This document shows positions 39,439 to 47,391 of a DNA stretch of 64,000 nucleotides, piece after piece; position 1 is the first letter of the stretch; every line of letters starts with the position of its first letter. The notes under the pieces were generated by a model. That model searched no databases, was not told the origin of the DNA, and saw only the letters and a list, made by a program, of their open reading frames with translations. Origin of the DNA: an uncultured virus (IMG/VR IMGVR_UViG_2850711898_000002) (Duplodnaviria > Heunggongvirae > Uroviricota > Caudoviricetes). Location of the stretch: the IMG/VR virus record IMGVR_UViG_2850711898_000002. One strand, given 5' to 3'. The translations under genes and the position numbers were made by a program.

Positions 39439-40267
39439 CTAAAACAAAAGGCGCTCACTTGGAACGCCTATTGGATTTGTTAAATATTGATTTACTGTCT
39501 TATAAATATCTACGATTAAATCTAATGGTATATTAGACCGCTCGTTATATGATTTTGAGAAATCCTGAAATCCCATAGTTGGAGGCAATTTATTGTTGCT
39601 CTTTAGTCTTAGGTTGATATTACTTTTAAAGCGGGTTGGTTTACGCAGTGGATAACCATAGCAATGGTAATGTGCCAGATTGTCAAACGGCATTGGAAAA
39701 TTCAAAATATCGTTAATATAATGCCAAATCTTACTGCTTGCTGGATTTTCTATTACGTAAACTTTCGGATTGTAACGTTTGATAATTTCTATTGTGTTAT
39801 AGATACAAAGCTCACCATTAATGCGGTTTAGGAAAGAGCGGTCATATTTAAATTGCACATGAGGTAAATCATAATCAGCTCGTCCTCGCACGGTAAATTT
39901 AGACAATTCACGATTCACTGCACCAGTTTCCTGTTTCCAACTTGCATTACCTCCCCACATCGCACTAGCTACTGACCAACTCTCACAAGATGGACTAGCT
40001 ATAATCAAATCAGGTTTTGGCAGTTTATCAAGCTCATCAAATAGCTTGTTATCGCCAAACATACGACCATAATCAGCCAGATTAAGATTGATAAAGTGAT
40101 TGTTTTTACACTCAATATCCATACCGATAGGGTATATTTTGACTGACTGACTGACTGACTGACTGACTGACTGACTGACTGACTGACTGACTGACTGACT
40201 GATTAAATAGCTCCGTACCTTGCGTATAGCAACCATTGCCACTATCAAATAAAGCCCATACAATCAT
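39439..40267 (-). CDS. phase-variable C5-cytosine DNA methyltransferase-like gene, out of frame (OFF)
   Basis: ATG 40267 gives MIVWALFDSGNG (motif I-like); PDLIIASPSC and VIENP lie in another frame beyond the repeat tract. Confidence 0.82.
40141..40200 (-). repeat. simple sequence repeat (AGTC)15
   Basis: 60 nt of perfect GACT units on + strand. Confidence 0.99.
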
Positions 40268-40623
40268 CTTTCCCTCTGTTTTAAGTCAATCACAGGCAAC
40301 ACAGGTACAAGTGGTTTTGCTGTTGTAACTGTTGTTGATGTGCTGCTGCGGCTTTCATTTATCCAGTCAAATAGTTCCTCCCACGAATCGTAGTCAAGTT
40401 TGAGGAATGGGTCATTTCGGTCACTTTCCCAGTGTTTCAGATGCTCATTAATATCGCGCGTAATTACCTCTCGAGTATTACTGCTTAACACGCTCCAGTA
40501 GGTTTTAACATCGTGAATAGTTTCGCTAACGATATAAGTATGTCGTGGCAAGCTGTATCGGACGTGACTAATTATTAAATCTTGGAGTTTATGCAGTGGG
40601 ATTTTGATGTTAATTTCATTCAT
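40264..40623 (-). CDS. phage hypothetical protein
   Basis: ATGA overlaps at both ends; VRYSLPRHTYIVSET pattern. Confidence 0.7.
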   Translation of the reverse strand: MNEINIKIPLHKLQDLIISHVRYSLPRHTYIVSETIHDVKTYWSVLSSNTREVITRDINEHLKHWESDRNDPFLKLDYDSWEELFDWINESRSSTSTTVTTAKPLVPVLPVIDLKQRER

Positions 40624-40856
40624 TTTCGTCCTCCTTTTTTCTTATGATGTTTAAAGTGCGGTCGATTTTCTCGGAGTTTTAAATTGTCCTGTCGGATTTG
40701 TTCTACTTTAATTCTTAGGCGGTCATTATCGCTTTCAAGCTCTTTAATGCGTCTTGATTTGGCAAGATTTTCATTGCCTAATTTTTCAAAATGATATTTA
40801 TTATTTTCGATTTCCTCTTTGAGGATTTTTCTAGCGAGAGATTTTAGTAGGTTCAT
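40620..40856 (-). CDS. coiled-coil hypothetical protein
   Basis: AGGA RBS, operon position. Confidence 0.65.
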   Translation of the reverse strand: MNLLKSLARKILKEEIENNKYHFEKLGNENLAKSRRIKELESDNDRLRIKVEQIRQDNLKLRENRPHFKHHKKKGGRK

Positions 40857-40951
40857 TGTTTTTCCTGATAATAAAAAAGCCCGCCTAAGCGAGCTGGGTT
40901 GAGGGCGATAAAAAAGCCACTGTAAAATACAATGGCTTTCTTAGATAATAC

Positions 40952-40980
40952 TTGATTTAATCGGTATACCGATTTATAAT
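40952..40980 (+). promoter_or_regulatory. sigma70 promoter with palindromic operator
   Basis: TTGATT-N17-TATAAT; perfect palindrome AATCGGTATACCGATT in spacer. Confidence 0.8.
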
Positions 40981-40983
40981 AAT

Positions 40984-41154
40984 CTCACTTTCAAGGGGAT
41001 GCTTGAAAGTGAGCGTGTGGCTTAATCCCACGTTACGAAGAAGGAAAATAAAATGTTAGTTCGCATTTTCCTTATCGTTGTCTTACTACTAATTAGCTTT
41101 CCTGCTTATTAATAGGTAACGATAATCTGGGGGAAGTACCAGTTCCCCCAGTTC
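40984..41154 (-). ncRNA. Sib-like antisense antitoxin RNA (ends approximate)
   Basis: Minus-strand TTGACA(41189-84)-N17-CATAAT(41166-61); hairpins at 41127-41151 and 40984-41013; spans toxin ORF. Confidence 0.65.
41053..41112 (+). CDS. ibs: Ibs-family type I toxin (19 aa, not in ORF track)
   Basis: MLVRIFLIVVLLLISFPAY, AAGGA RBS; matches Ibs LLLISFxAY C-terminus. Confidence 0.85.
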   Translation: MLVRIFLIVVLLLISFPAY

Positions 41155-41176
41155 TTCAAAATTATGGGCTATAAAG

Positions 41177-41356
41177 ATGAAATTGTCAATCAACGAAATT
41201 AAAGCGCGTTCAGATGAAAAACGCGGTGTAAAATCGAAATCTTACAAGTTGCCATTAGCAACCATCGCTGAAATTGAACAACTCAGTAAACAACACGACA
41301 TTCCACAAAACCAACTGATTATTCAGGCGGTTGAATTGTGGAAGCAATCTCGTTAA
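41177..41356 (+). CDS. 59-aa ribbon-helix-helix-like DNA-binding protein (not in ORF track)
   Basis: MKLSINEIKARSDEKRGVKSKSYKLPLATIAEIEQLSKQHDIPQNQLIIQAVELWKQSR. Confidence 0.65.
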   Translation: MKLSINEIKARSDEKRGVKSKSYKLPLATIAEIEQLSKQHDIPQNQLIIQAVELWKQSR

Positions 41357-41415
41357 ATGAAGCCTCTATTTACGGATTTGATTTTTTCAGGGGGTTATAC
41401 AAGCTATCTTTCCCT

Positions 41416-41850
41416 CTAAAACGGAATATCATCATTAAACCCATCTTGTTCTGCCGCTGCGCTTAATGGGTCGGGTTTTTCTTTGTCTTTGCTTGGCTGT
41501 TGTGTTTCACTGCTTGCCTTACTGTCTAGCATTTCAAAGGATTGTGTTGCTACTTTAAGTGCGGTGCGATTATTGCCGTTTTGGTCTTGCCAGCTTTCCT
41601 GTACTAGTTTTCCTGTTACACAGATTTTTGAGCCTTTTTGCAGATATTGTCTTGCTACATCAGCAGAATTGCCATGCACCACAATAGGTATCCAATGCGT
41701 ACGTTTAACTGTATTACCTTGTTTATCTCGGTAATCATCGCCGATAGCAAGATTAAATGTGGCAATTTGCCCGCCATTTTGGAATTGGCGGATTTCTGGG
41801 TCACTGCCTAAATAACCGACTAATATCACGGTGTTGGTATTACGTGCCAT
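41416..41850 (-). CDS. ssb: phage single-stranded DNA-binding protein
   Basis: NTVILVGYLGSDPE, DDIPF C-terminus. Confidence 0.95.
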   Translation of the reverse strand: MARNTNTVILVGYLGSDPEIRQFQNGGQIATFNLAIGDDYRDKQGNTVKRTHWIPIVVHGNSADVARQYLQKGSKICVTGKLVQESWQDQNGNNRTALKVATQSFEMLDSKASSETQQPSKDKEKPDPLSAAAEQDGFNDDIPF

Positions 41851-42494
41851 TAGCGCATCTCCTGTATAAGTTGTTGATAATATTCTTGAGCAATTTCTAC
41901 CCGCTCTTTGATTTTCTCAATGACTTTCTCATCACGTTTAATTGTGACCGTCGTGATACGTTTTTCTTGGGGGATTTGCTCAACCAAGTCAATGTATCTG
42001 TTTGGGTCGTCATAGCTTGATAATTGGTCATAAGGAGTGGGGAGGAGGACAAAATCAATTTGCGCCTCATCACAATCCCATAACCACATATAGCCTTGCA
42101 TTTGTGCGTCATACCCCGCTTTTTTGGCTTTTTCTTCTGCCTCATCAGCAAAAAAAGGGTGTGAGCCAATATCCCAAGAACATTTAGTGTCTATGATTAA
42201 TCTTCGGCTTGGCACATAAATATCGCACTCGCCTGTAATCCAATCGTTTTCACGTCTTTCCGTGTTCTTTTTAAGAGGTAAACCACGCTTGCGACCGCTT
42301 AACTTAATAGCTTGTTCTTCTAGTGCAATGCCTTTTGCGGTGTATTTATTCCCCTCAAAATCTTGATAGCCAAACAGGTCATATTTCACTATCTTTCTCA
42401 CCGCACTTTTTGCTGTAGCAGATATTCCATTACCGCTTTTAGGTTTTGCCATTAAATCAGCCAAGCCAGAGCATCTAGCTTTGAGTTGGTACAT
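41850..42494 (-). CDS. YqaJ/lambda-exonuclease-like nuclease
   Basis: GIALEEQAI, GECD, IDTKCSW, YDAQMQGYM. Confidence 0.8.
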   Translation of the reverse strand: MYQLKARCSGLADLMAKPKSGNGISATAKSAVRKIVKYDLFGYQDFEGNKYTAKGIALEEQAIKLSGRKRGLPLKKNTERRENDWITGECDIYVPSRRLIIDTKCSWDIGSHPFFADEAEEKAKKAGYDAQMQGYMWLWDCDEAQIDFVLLPTPYDQLSSYDDPNRYIDLVEQIPQEKRITTVTIKRDEKVIEKIKERVEIAQEYYQQLIQEMR

Positions 42495-42495
42495 T

Positions 42496-42624
42496 TTATT
42501 TTCCTTCTATGGTTGAAATTATTTCGGTGTGGCAGATTTTGCCGTCACAGTCTTGATTAAGATTTAGGGCGTGTGCCATATACACCACAAATGCACACAC
42601 GAGCGTAATGATTAATTTGTTCAT
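42496..42624 (-). CDS. 42-aa signal-peptide-bearing ORF
   Basis: MNKLIITLVCAFVVYMAHALNLNQDCDGKICHTEIISTIEGK, AAGGA RBS. Confidence 0.5.
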   Translation of the reverse strand: MNKLIITLVCAFVVYMAHALNLNQDCDGKICHTEIISTIEGK

Positions 42625-42702
42625 TTTCTGTTCCTTTTGTCGGATTTTAGGTGTGAGAATCCGCCGCAGGCTTAAAAAAGTGCGGTCGGATTTTGCGATG
42701 TT

Positions 42703-43323
42703 TTATTGGGCGATAAGGTTTTTCGCTCTTTCCCAGTTCATTCGATTAGATGCTTTAAATGGCTGAATTAAGCGTTGAATGGTTGGGAGCGTGTTTTTGT
42801 ATTGTCGGCGATATTCTTGGTGGTGGCTGATTACCATACCTGTGAAATAAGAACCGATAGTTTCTAGCGGCTTAATCATATCGCCAAGTAGGGTGTTCAT
42901 TTGCTTGTGTCCACACCAAAGCCAAACAAGTTGTTCAAGTTCGTACTCGGTAAATTCAAAGGTGTATTTTTTCTCAACAAGCAGTTGGATTGCTTTCGTT
43001 TTTTGCAAAACTTCACGGTCTAAAATATCGAGTACCCATTTGCGGAAGTCTTTGGCGACTTTGGTGCGGGCGAACATCGCAATCAGGTGTGCACCACGAA
43101 GCGAGAAGATACGCACTTTTTGAATACCGCCTGCGGTTGGCATTTCCACAAGTGCGGTCATTTCTGCGGTAAATTCGTCTGCGTTGCGGTCGTAGATTTT
43201 TAAAATCGCTTGCATTGGCATAGCGTATTCTAAAGCTAAACCAAGATCGTTCGCTGTAATAAAAGTTTGGTTGTGTTGATTGATAACTGAAAGGGTAGTG
43301 TTTTGAAAAGTTAATGTAGTCAT
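42703..43323 (-). CDS. Bro-N domain antirepressor-like protein
   Basis: IYDRNADEF, RIFSLRGAHLIAMFARTKVAKDFRKWVLD. Confidence 0.85.
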   Translation of the reverse strand: MTTLTFQNTTLSVINQHNQTFITANDLGLALEYAMPMQAILKIYDRNADEFTAEMTALVEMPTAGGIQKVRIFSLRGAHLIAMFARTKVAKDFRKWVLDILDREVLQKTKAIQLLVEKKYTFEFTEYELEQLVWLWCGHKQMNTLLGDMIKPLETIGSYFTGMVISHHQEYRRQYKNTLPTIQRLIQPFKASNRMNWERAKNLIAQ

Positions 43324-43523
43324 TTTGACTGTCCTCGTATAAGTTTTAAAAACTCATCGTCAGAATTGCAGTACTGGCGATGAACTGATTGAGGTCTGCA
43401 ATAACCGCATACGAGAAACGGCAGATCTTTCGATCTCCTCAACCAGTTCATCATTGACTACTTTTGAAAGGGTGTGTCAATTTGACACTACCTTTGAAAG
43501 GTTTAATTTACTGATTTTCAGCT

Positions 43524-43607
43524 ATAAAAAAGACGCATTGAGCGTCCGTCTTTTCTAACCGCTCGTATATTCGGAAAATTGCAGTATCCCGGCTTTCTGT
43601 TGAAAGC
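43524..43607 (-). ncRNA. c4-like antisense RNA 1
   Basis: Promoter TTGACA-N18-TATCAT, terminator; loops UACUGCAAUU and UAUACGAG complementary to downstream leader 43394-43415. Confidence 0.7.
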
Positions 43608-43685
43608 GGGGGTATGATAATCCGATGTGAGCGGGGTTGTCAAGGTTTAACCAAATAAAAAGCCCCGAATTTTCGGGGCGGGTTT

Positions 43686-43778
43686 TTATGATTGATTTTT
43701 TGCTTTTTGGTAAGCTAAACGTGAAGCAAGCATAGCTTGACGTTTAAGTTCTTTTGCACTGGGTTTAGTTTCTGCCAT
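43686..43778 (-). CDS. 30-aa basic peptide (not in ORF track)
   Basis: MAETKPSAKELKRQAMLASRLAYQKAKNQS, TAAGGAG RBS, followed by terminator 43657-43679. Confidence 0.6.
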   Translation of the reverse strand: MAETKPSAKELKRQAMLASRLAYQKAKNQS

Positions 43779-43781
43779 TGC

Positions 43782-44273
43782 TTACTCCTTATAGTTTGGG
43801 GTTTTGATAATAAAACAATCAGAGTTTTCGCCTAGTTGCCCGATTGGTTGAAAGTCTATCATAAGTGGATGGCGATTGTCGCACATTTTTTGATACATTC
43901 GGCTCAATGAGGGGCGTTCAGCGATGAAAAAATAACATTCAGGTTGGTAAATTAAATAGTGCTTATAGAGCAATGTTTCAAGTTGTTCTTTTAAGTGCTG
44001 AATATCGGTTTTCTTTATCTGATGATTGATTGGTGGAGCGTATAGATCGATATTTGGATCGGTGCTTTCGTAGTATTCTTTCACACCAAATTTGACACTG
44101 TATGTGCTACGATTTTTTAATAGCGGTTCTAAGCGTTCATCTAAAGAAAAGAGGCTTTCAATCACATCATTATCCGATGAGAAATCAATAATATACTCAA
44201 CATTTGCTACACGAAATTCAGCAAATTGATGAGGAATTGAATGATATTCAGATTCAATAAATAATTCTGCCAT
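43782..44273 (-). CDS. hypothetical protein (moron cassette)
   Basis: 163-aa ORF with own promoter at 44314-44358. Confidence 0.65.
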   Translation of the reverse strand: MAELFIESEYHSIPHQFAEFRVANVEYIIDFSSDNDVIESLFSLDERLEPLLKNRSTYSVKFGVKEYYESTDPNIDLYAPPINHQIKKTDIQHLKEQLETLLYKHYLIYQPECYFFIAERPSLSRMYQKMCDNRHPLMIDFQPIGQLGENSDCFIIKTPNYKE

Positions 44274-44412
44274 ATTCCACGCTTTGGGTATAAAAAAACC
44301 TCTAAAAGAGGTTGTTGAAAGTGGGGGTATCGTAATCCGATGTAAGCGGTGTTGTCAAATTTATTTTTCAGTGAGTTGTTGTAAGTGTTGAGATAATTGT
44401 AAAAAATTCAAC

Positions 44413-44544
44413 TCATTTGTCTGCTAACGCCTTAATTTCTTTACTATGTGTTTTAATTACACGCTTTGCAGCGGCTAATGCAATCCTTTTCCCCGCTTCG
44501 CCTTTAAGTTCTATTTTCACTGGTTTATTTTCTTTTAATAACAT
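44413..44544 (-). CDS. 43-aa basic peptide (not in ORF track)
   Basis: MLLKENKPVKIELKGEAGKRIALAAAKRVIKTHSKEIKALADK, AGGAG RBS. Confidence 0.6.
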   Translation of the reverse strand: MLLKENKPVKIELKGEAGKRIALAAAKRVIKTHSKEIKALADK

Positions 44545-44793
44545 TGCTTTCTCCTACAAAAAAAGCCGTTTAAAACGGCTTGAGTGCTGAAAGATATTAA
44601 TCTGAAGTAGGGATTGTGTCAAATATTTAAAAAAAACTTTCGAGCGGTCAGTGGAGTAGTGCAATCAGTCTATGCTGATTTTGTCTAGAATAGGGTGCCT
44701 TTCTTTATACTTGTAAGGCTCAAGCCCTCTTGTATGCGACTACAACGAGGAGTAGAATTCCATCTTGCGACTACATCTAAACAGGAGGAAATT

Positions 44794-45012
44794 ATGAATA
44801 AACCAAAAGCAGATACATTGGCATTGATGTTTGCCCGCGATATATTAACGACCGCAACACAAACCCAAGGCAATCAAATGAATATCGTTACCACATATAA
44901 CGCAAAAGAACTTGGTGAGTTTATTAGAACACTTTCAACTGAACTTGAATCGCTTGATGAAAACACTGATACTATTCGGATTTTGAATATGTATAAGCCT
45001 GAATTGAAGTAA
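44794..45012 (+). CDS. hypothetical protein, antisense to pL operon
   Basis: AGGAGG RBS before MNKPKAD. Confidence 0.6.
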   Translation: MNKPKADTLALMFARDILTTATQTQGNQMNIVTTYNAKELGEFIRTLSTELESLDENTDTIRILNMYKPELK

Positions 45013-45142
45013 ATGCCTCACATAACTGAGTAGCTACTTCATTTGGCTTAAGATTCGTGTTATTTGCCGCACTTTCTAAAACAGCCTGTTTGATTCTCTC
45101 TTTATCTCTTTCAGATAGGCTGCTTTCTTGTTTTTCTTCCAT
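44972..45142 (-). CDS. hypothetical protein
   Basis: GAGG RBS before MEEKQES. Confidence 0.5.
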   Translation of the reverse strand: MEEKQESSLSERDKERIKQAVLESAANNTNLKPNEVATQLCEAFTSIQAYTYSKSE

Positions 45143-45421
45143 TTTTAACCTCGTTTGTTTTATTGTTACCATTTTAAAACACACTTCATCTATCATTCGC
45201 AACGGTTTCACATGCCGTTGTGTCTCTGTACTAGCAAATGTGTTTTGAAATGTGATATTGCGTTTAGCTTTTCCCACCGACTGGCTTCGTTTCTCATTAC
45301 CGCAATATCTCACACTCATTGGTGTAGGGCTTTTAATCTGCAACTGGCGATTTTCACAAATGGCATTTCACGAGTGTGTTTTTTATCCAAATTGTCTAAA
45401 ATTGTGATGATTATCACTTAC

Positions 45422-45643
45422 TTAAGTGAATTTTTTGACTATACTAATAATTAACCTTGCAAGCCATGATTTTTCCTTAACCGGAATATAAATAGAATGA
45501 TGGATTACGCCATCTACGGTTGCTTGGGACATTGCTTTAACCTTTTCTTTCGCTTCTTCGAATGAATGAGCGTAAACTTCTGAGCTCCATTTGGAACCTT
45601 TAAAGTTATAAGAAATGGTATAGAGTTTCATTTCTTCTTGCAT
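45422..45643 (-). CDS. hypothetical protein
   Basis: YNFKGSKWS..VYAHSFEEA pattern of small phage proteins. Confidence 0.6.
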   Translation of the reverse strand: MQEEMKLYTISYNFKGSKWSSEVYAHSFEEAKEKVKAMSQATVDGVIHHSIYIPVKEKSWLARLIISIVKKFT

Positions 45644-45657
45644 AAGGAATTACCTAT

Positions 45658-45828
45658 ATGTATTTTCAAATATTTAAAGGTGTAAACAATCAGTGGTATT
45701 GGCGACTAAAAGCCGCTAATCACGAAATCATTGCCGTTAGTGAAGGTTATACAACCAAACAGAACTGCCTACATTGCATTCATCTTGTTATGGACACTAA
45801 TCGCAATACACCAATTTATGAATCTTAG
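45658..45828 (+). CDS. YegP/DUF1508-family protein (not in ORF track)
   Basis: MYFQIFKGVNNQWYWRLKAANHEIIAVSEGY; AAGGA RBS; terminator 45835-45859. Confidence 0.8.
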   Translation: MYFQIFKGVNNQWYWRLKAANHEIIAVSEGYTTKQNCLHCIHLVMDTNRNTPIYES

Positions 45829-45870
45829 TAACCTAGCCCTGTTTATCGGGGCTTTTTTTCATCACAATTT

Positions 45871-45880
45871 TTAAAGAGCG
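45871..45880 (-). promoter_or_regulatory. boxA antitermination element (nutL-like)
   Basis: CGCTCTTTAA on minus strand just downstream of pL-like region. Confidence 0.65.
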
Positions 45881-45919
45881 TTGAGATGTTGGTTATGTGT
45901 ATCTCGTTTTGATGTGTGT

Positions 45920-45965
45920 ATGATATAGCCAAAGTTTTATAATGTAGATAACTTTAGTTTTATTA
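45920..45965. promoter_or_regulatory. oL-like operators
   Basis: ATAGCCAAAGTTTT and ATAACTTTAGTTTT resemble AAAACTGTAGTTTT at 48114. Confidence 0.55.
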
Positions 45966-46281
45966 TTTCAAGATTCTTATATAGATATGGCTTTAAATGG
46001 TTGTTTTTAAAATAGATTTAGATCTAAAAAATTTACTGATTGCTTGTTTTTTGTACGACGAAATGGGCAAGCCAAAAAGTGCGGTGGAATTTTTGAGGTG
46101 TTTTTGTGGGCGTAAGAAAGTTTTAGTCTTAATTAAGCAAGGGGAGTGAGGCTAGATTTATCAAGGAAGAAATGATTTTGAAGGGATATAAGCAAGATTT
46201 GGCGAATTTAAGCAAGGTGGAAGGGGGAATAAAAAACCGCCAGTGAGGGAGGCGGCTTATTGTTTCTGTTTGCTCTTTAAT

Positions 46282-47190
46282 TTATTGAAGAGCCTCGATC
46301 AATTTAGTTGCGGTTTCTTTCCCTTGAGGTAATAACATTGTTTTCTTCAAAATATAATTCGGGAATTTTTCTTTTAAATAGGTGCCTTTAAACCATTTTC
46401 TAAATTCACCCAAACTGGAATCGGGGTATGCATTTATTTGTTGTGGATTTGAACCTGATTGTAGAAATTCTTCAGGATAAAAGTGAGAGCATTTTTGAAA
46501 TTTGCCGTATCGATTGGATAATTGGTTATCTTTCCAATATTTAGCCCACGCCAGCCCTACACTAATATCTGGCACGGTATGTTGGTTTACAATTAAACCT
46601 ACGTTAATAAGATCTACCATCATACCAGCAATCTCATTAAATACAATAAAATGACCATCAGGTACCGTTCCCATATTTTTCAATAATGAAACTCTATTGT
46701 GATAATGTCGCCACGGATCGTCAGGTTTGTAACCTGTGTAACGATATATATACTCTTTTAATCCATGTGCAGCTAATTCTCTATACGAGCGCTGAGCAAT
46801 GGTTTTATCTACTTTTGATGATTCAAACGCATAAAATTCAAGTATTGCCATACAGACAATATCAGGGTAAGCGTAGTGTATTTGCCCATTTTTTTCTACT
46901 TGAATATATAGTGATTCATCATTAAACCCTTTATTAAATAGATAAGAACTTAAAAATTTCATTCTATTTGTAGTAAATAAACCGCCTTGTATGGAAGATG
47001 ACCATTCCGCAGATAATTCTTGCAATGTGATACGAGAAATATCGCACACTTTAGCTAATCCGCTTTGGGTTAGGTAAGGGATCCCGTTTCCTAGAACCCC
47101 CATTCCGACACCATTAATTTCTGTCTCTTTTTCAATGGAAATATCTAGTACCCCTTGACGTAGGGACGTAGGTAAATTGTTATTATTCAT
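46282..47190 (-). CDS. BstA-like prophage defence protein
   Basis: ~300 aa, downstream of cI; GMGVLGNGIPYLTQSGLAKVC and VPDISVGLAW motifs recalled for BstA homologues. Confidence 0.7.
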   Translation of the reverse strand: MNNNNLPTSLRQGVLDISIEKETEINGVGMGVLGNGIPYLTQSGLAKVCDISRITLQELSAEWSSSIQGGLFTTNRMKFLSSYLFNKGFNDESLYIQVEKNGQIHYAYPDIVCMAILEFYAFESSKVDKTIAQRSYRELAAHGLKEYIYRYTGYKPDDPWRHYHNRVSLLKNMGTVPDGHFIVFNEIAGMMVDLINVGLIVNQHTVPDISVGLAWAKYWKDNQLSNRYGKFQKCSHFYPEEFLQSGSNPQQINAYPDSSLGEFRKWFKGTYLKEKFPNYILKKTMLLPQGKETATKLIEALQ

Positions 47191-47391
47191 ATGTAACTCT
47201 TTGTTTTTATTGATTTAACACCATGCAGGTATAGAAGTTATTTAAGCCCAATAATATCCAGTGTCAATTTCTTAATAGACATTTCAATTATAATGCTTCT
47301 ATACGCTCTCTTGCCACACCAATAATGCGGATTTCTCATCAAGGCTTTGTCTTGTTATGCCTGATTTCTGCGCTAATTTTTCATTTTCTAC

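Noticed and set aside
39439..40263. ORF-track 274-aa protein starting at TTG 40263 as the real methyltransferase
   Set aside because: Its N-terminus lacks the SAM-binding motif, which is encoded from the coupled ATG at 40267 in another frame.
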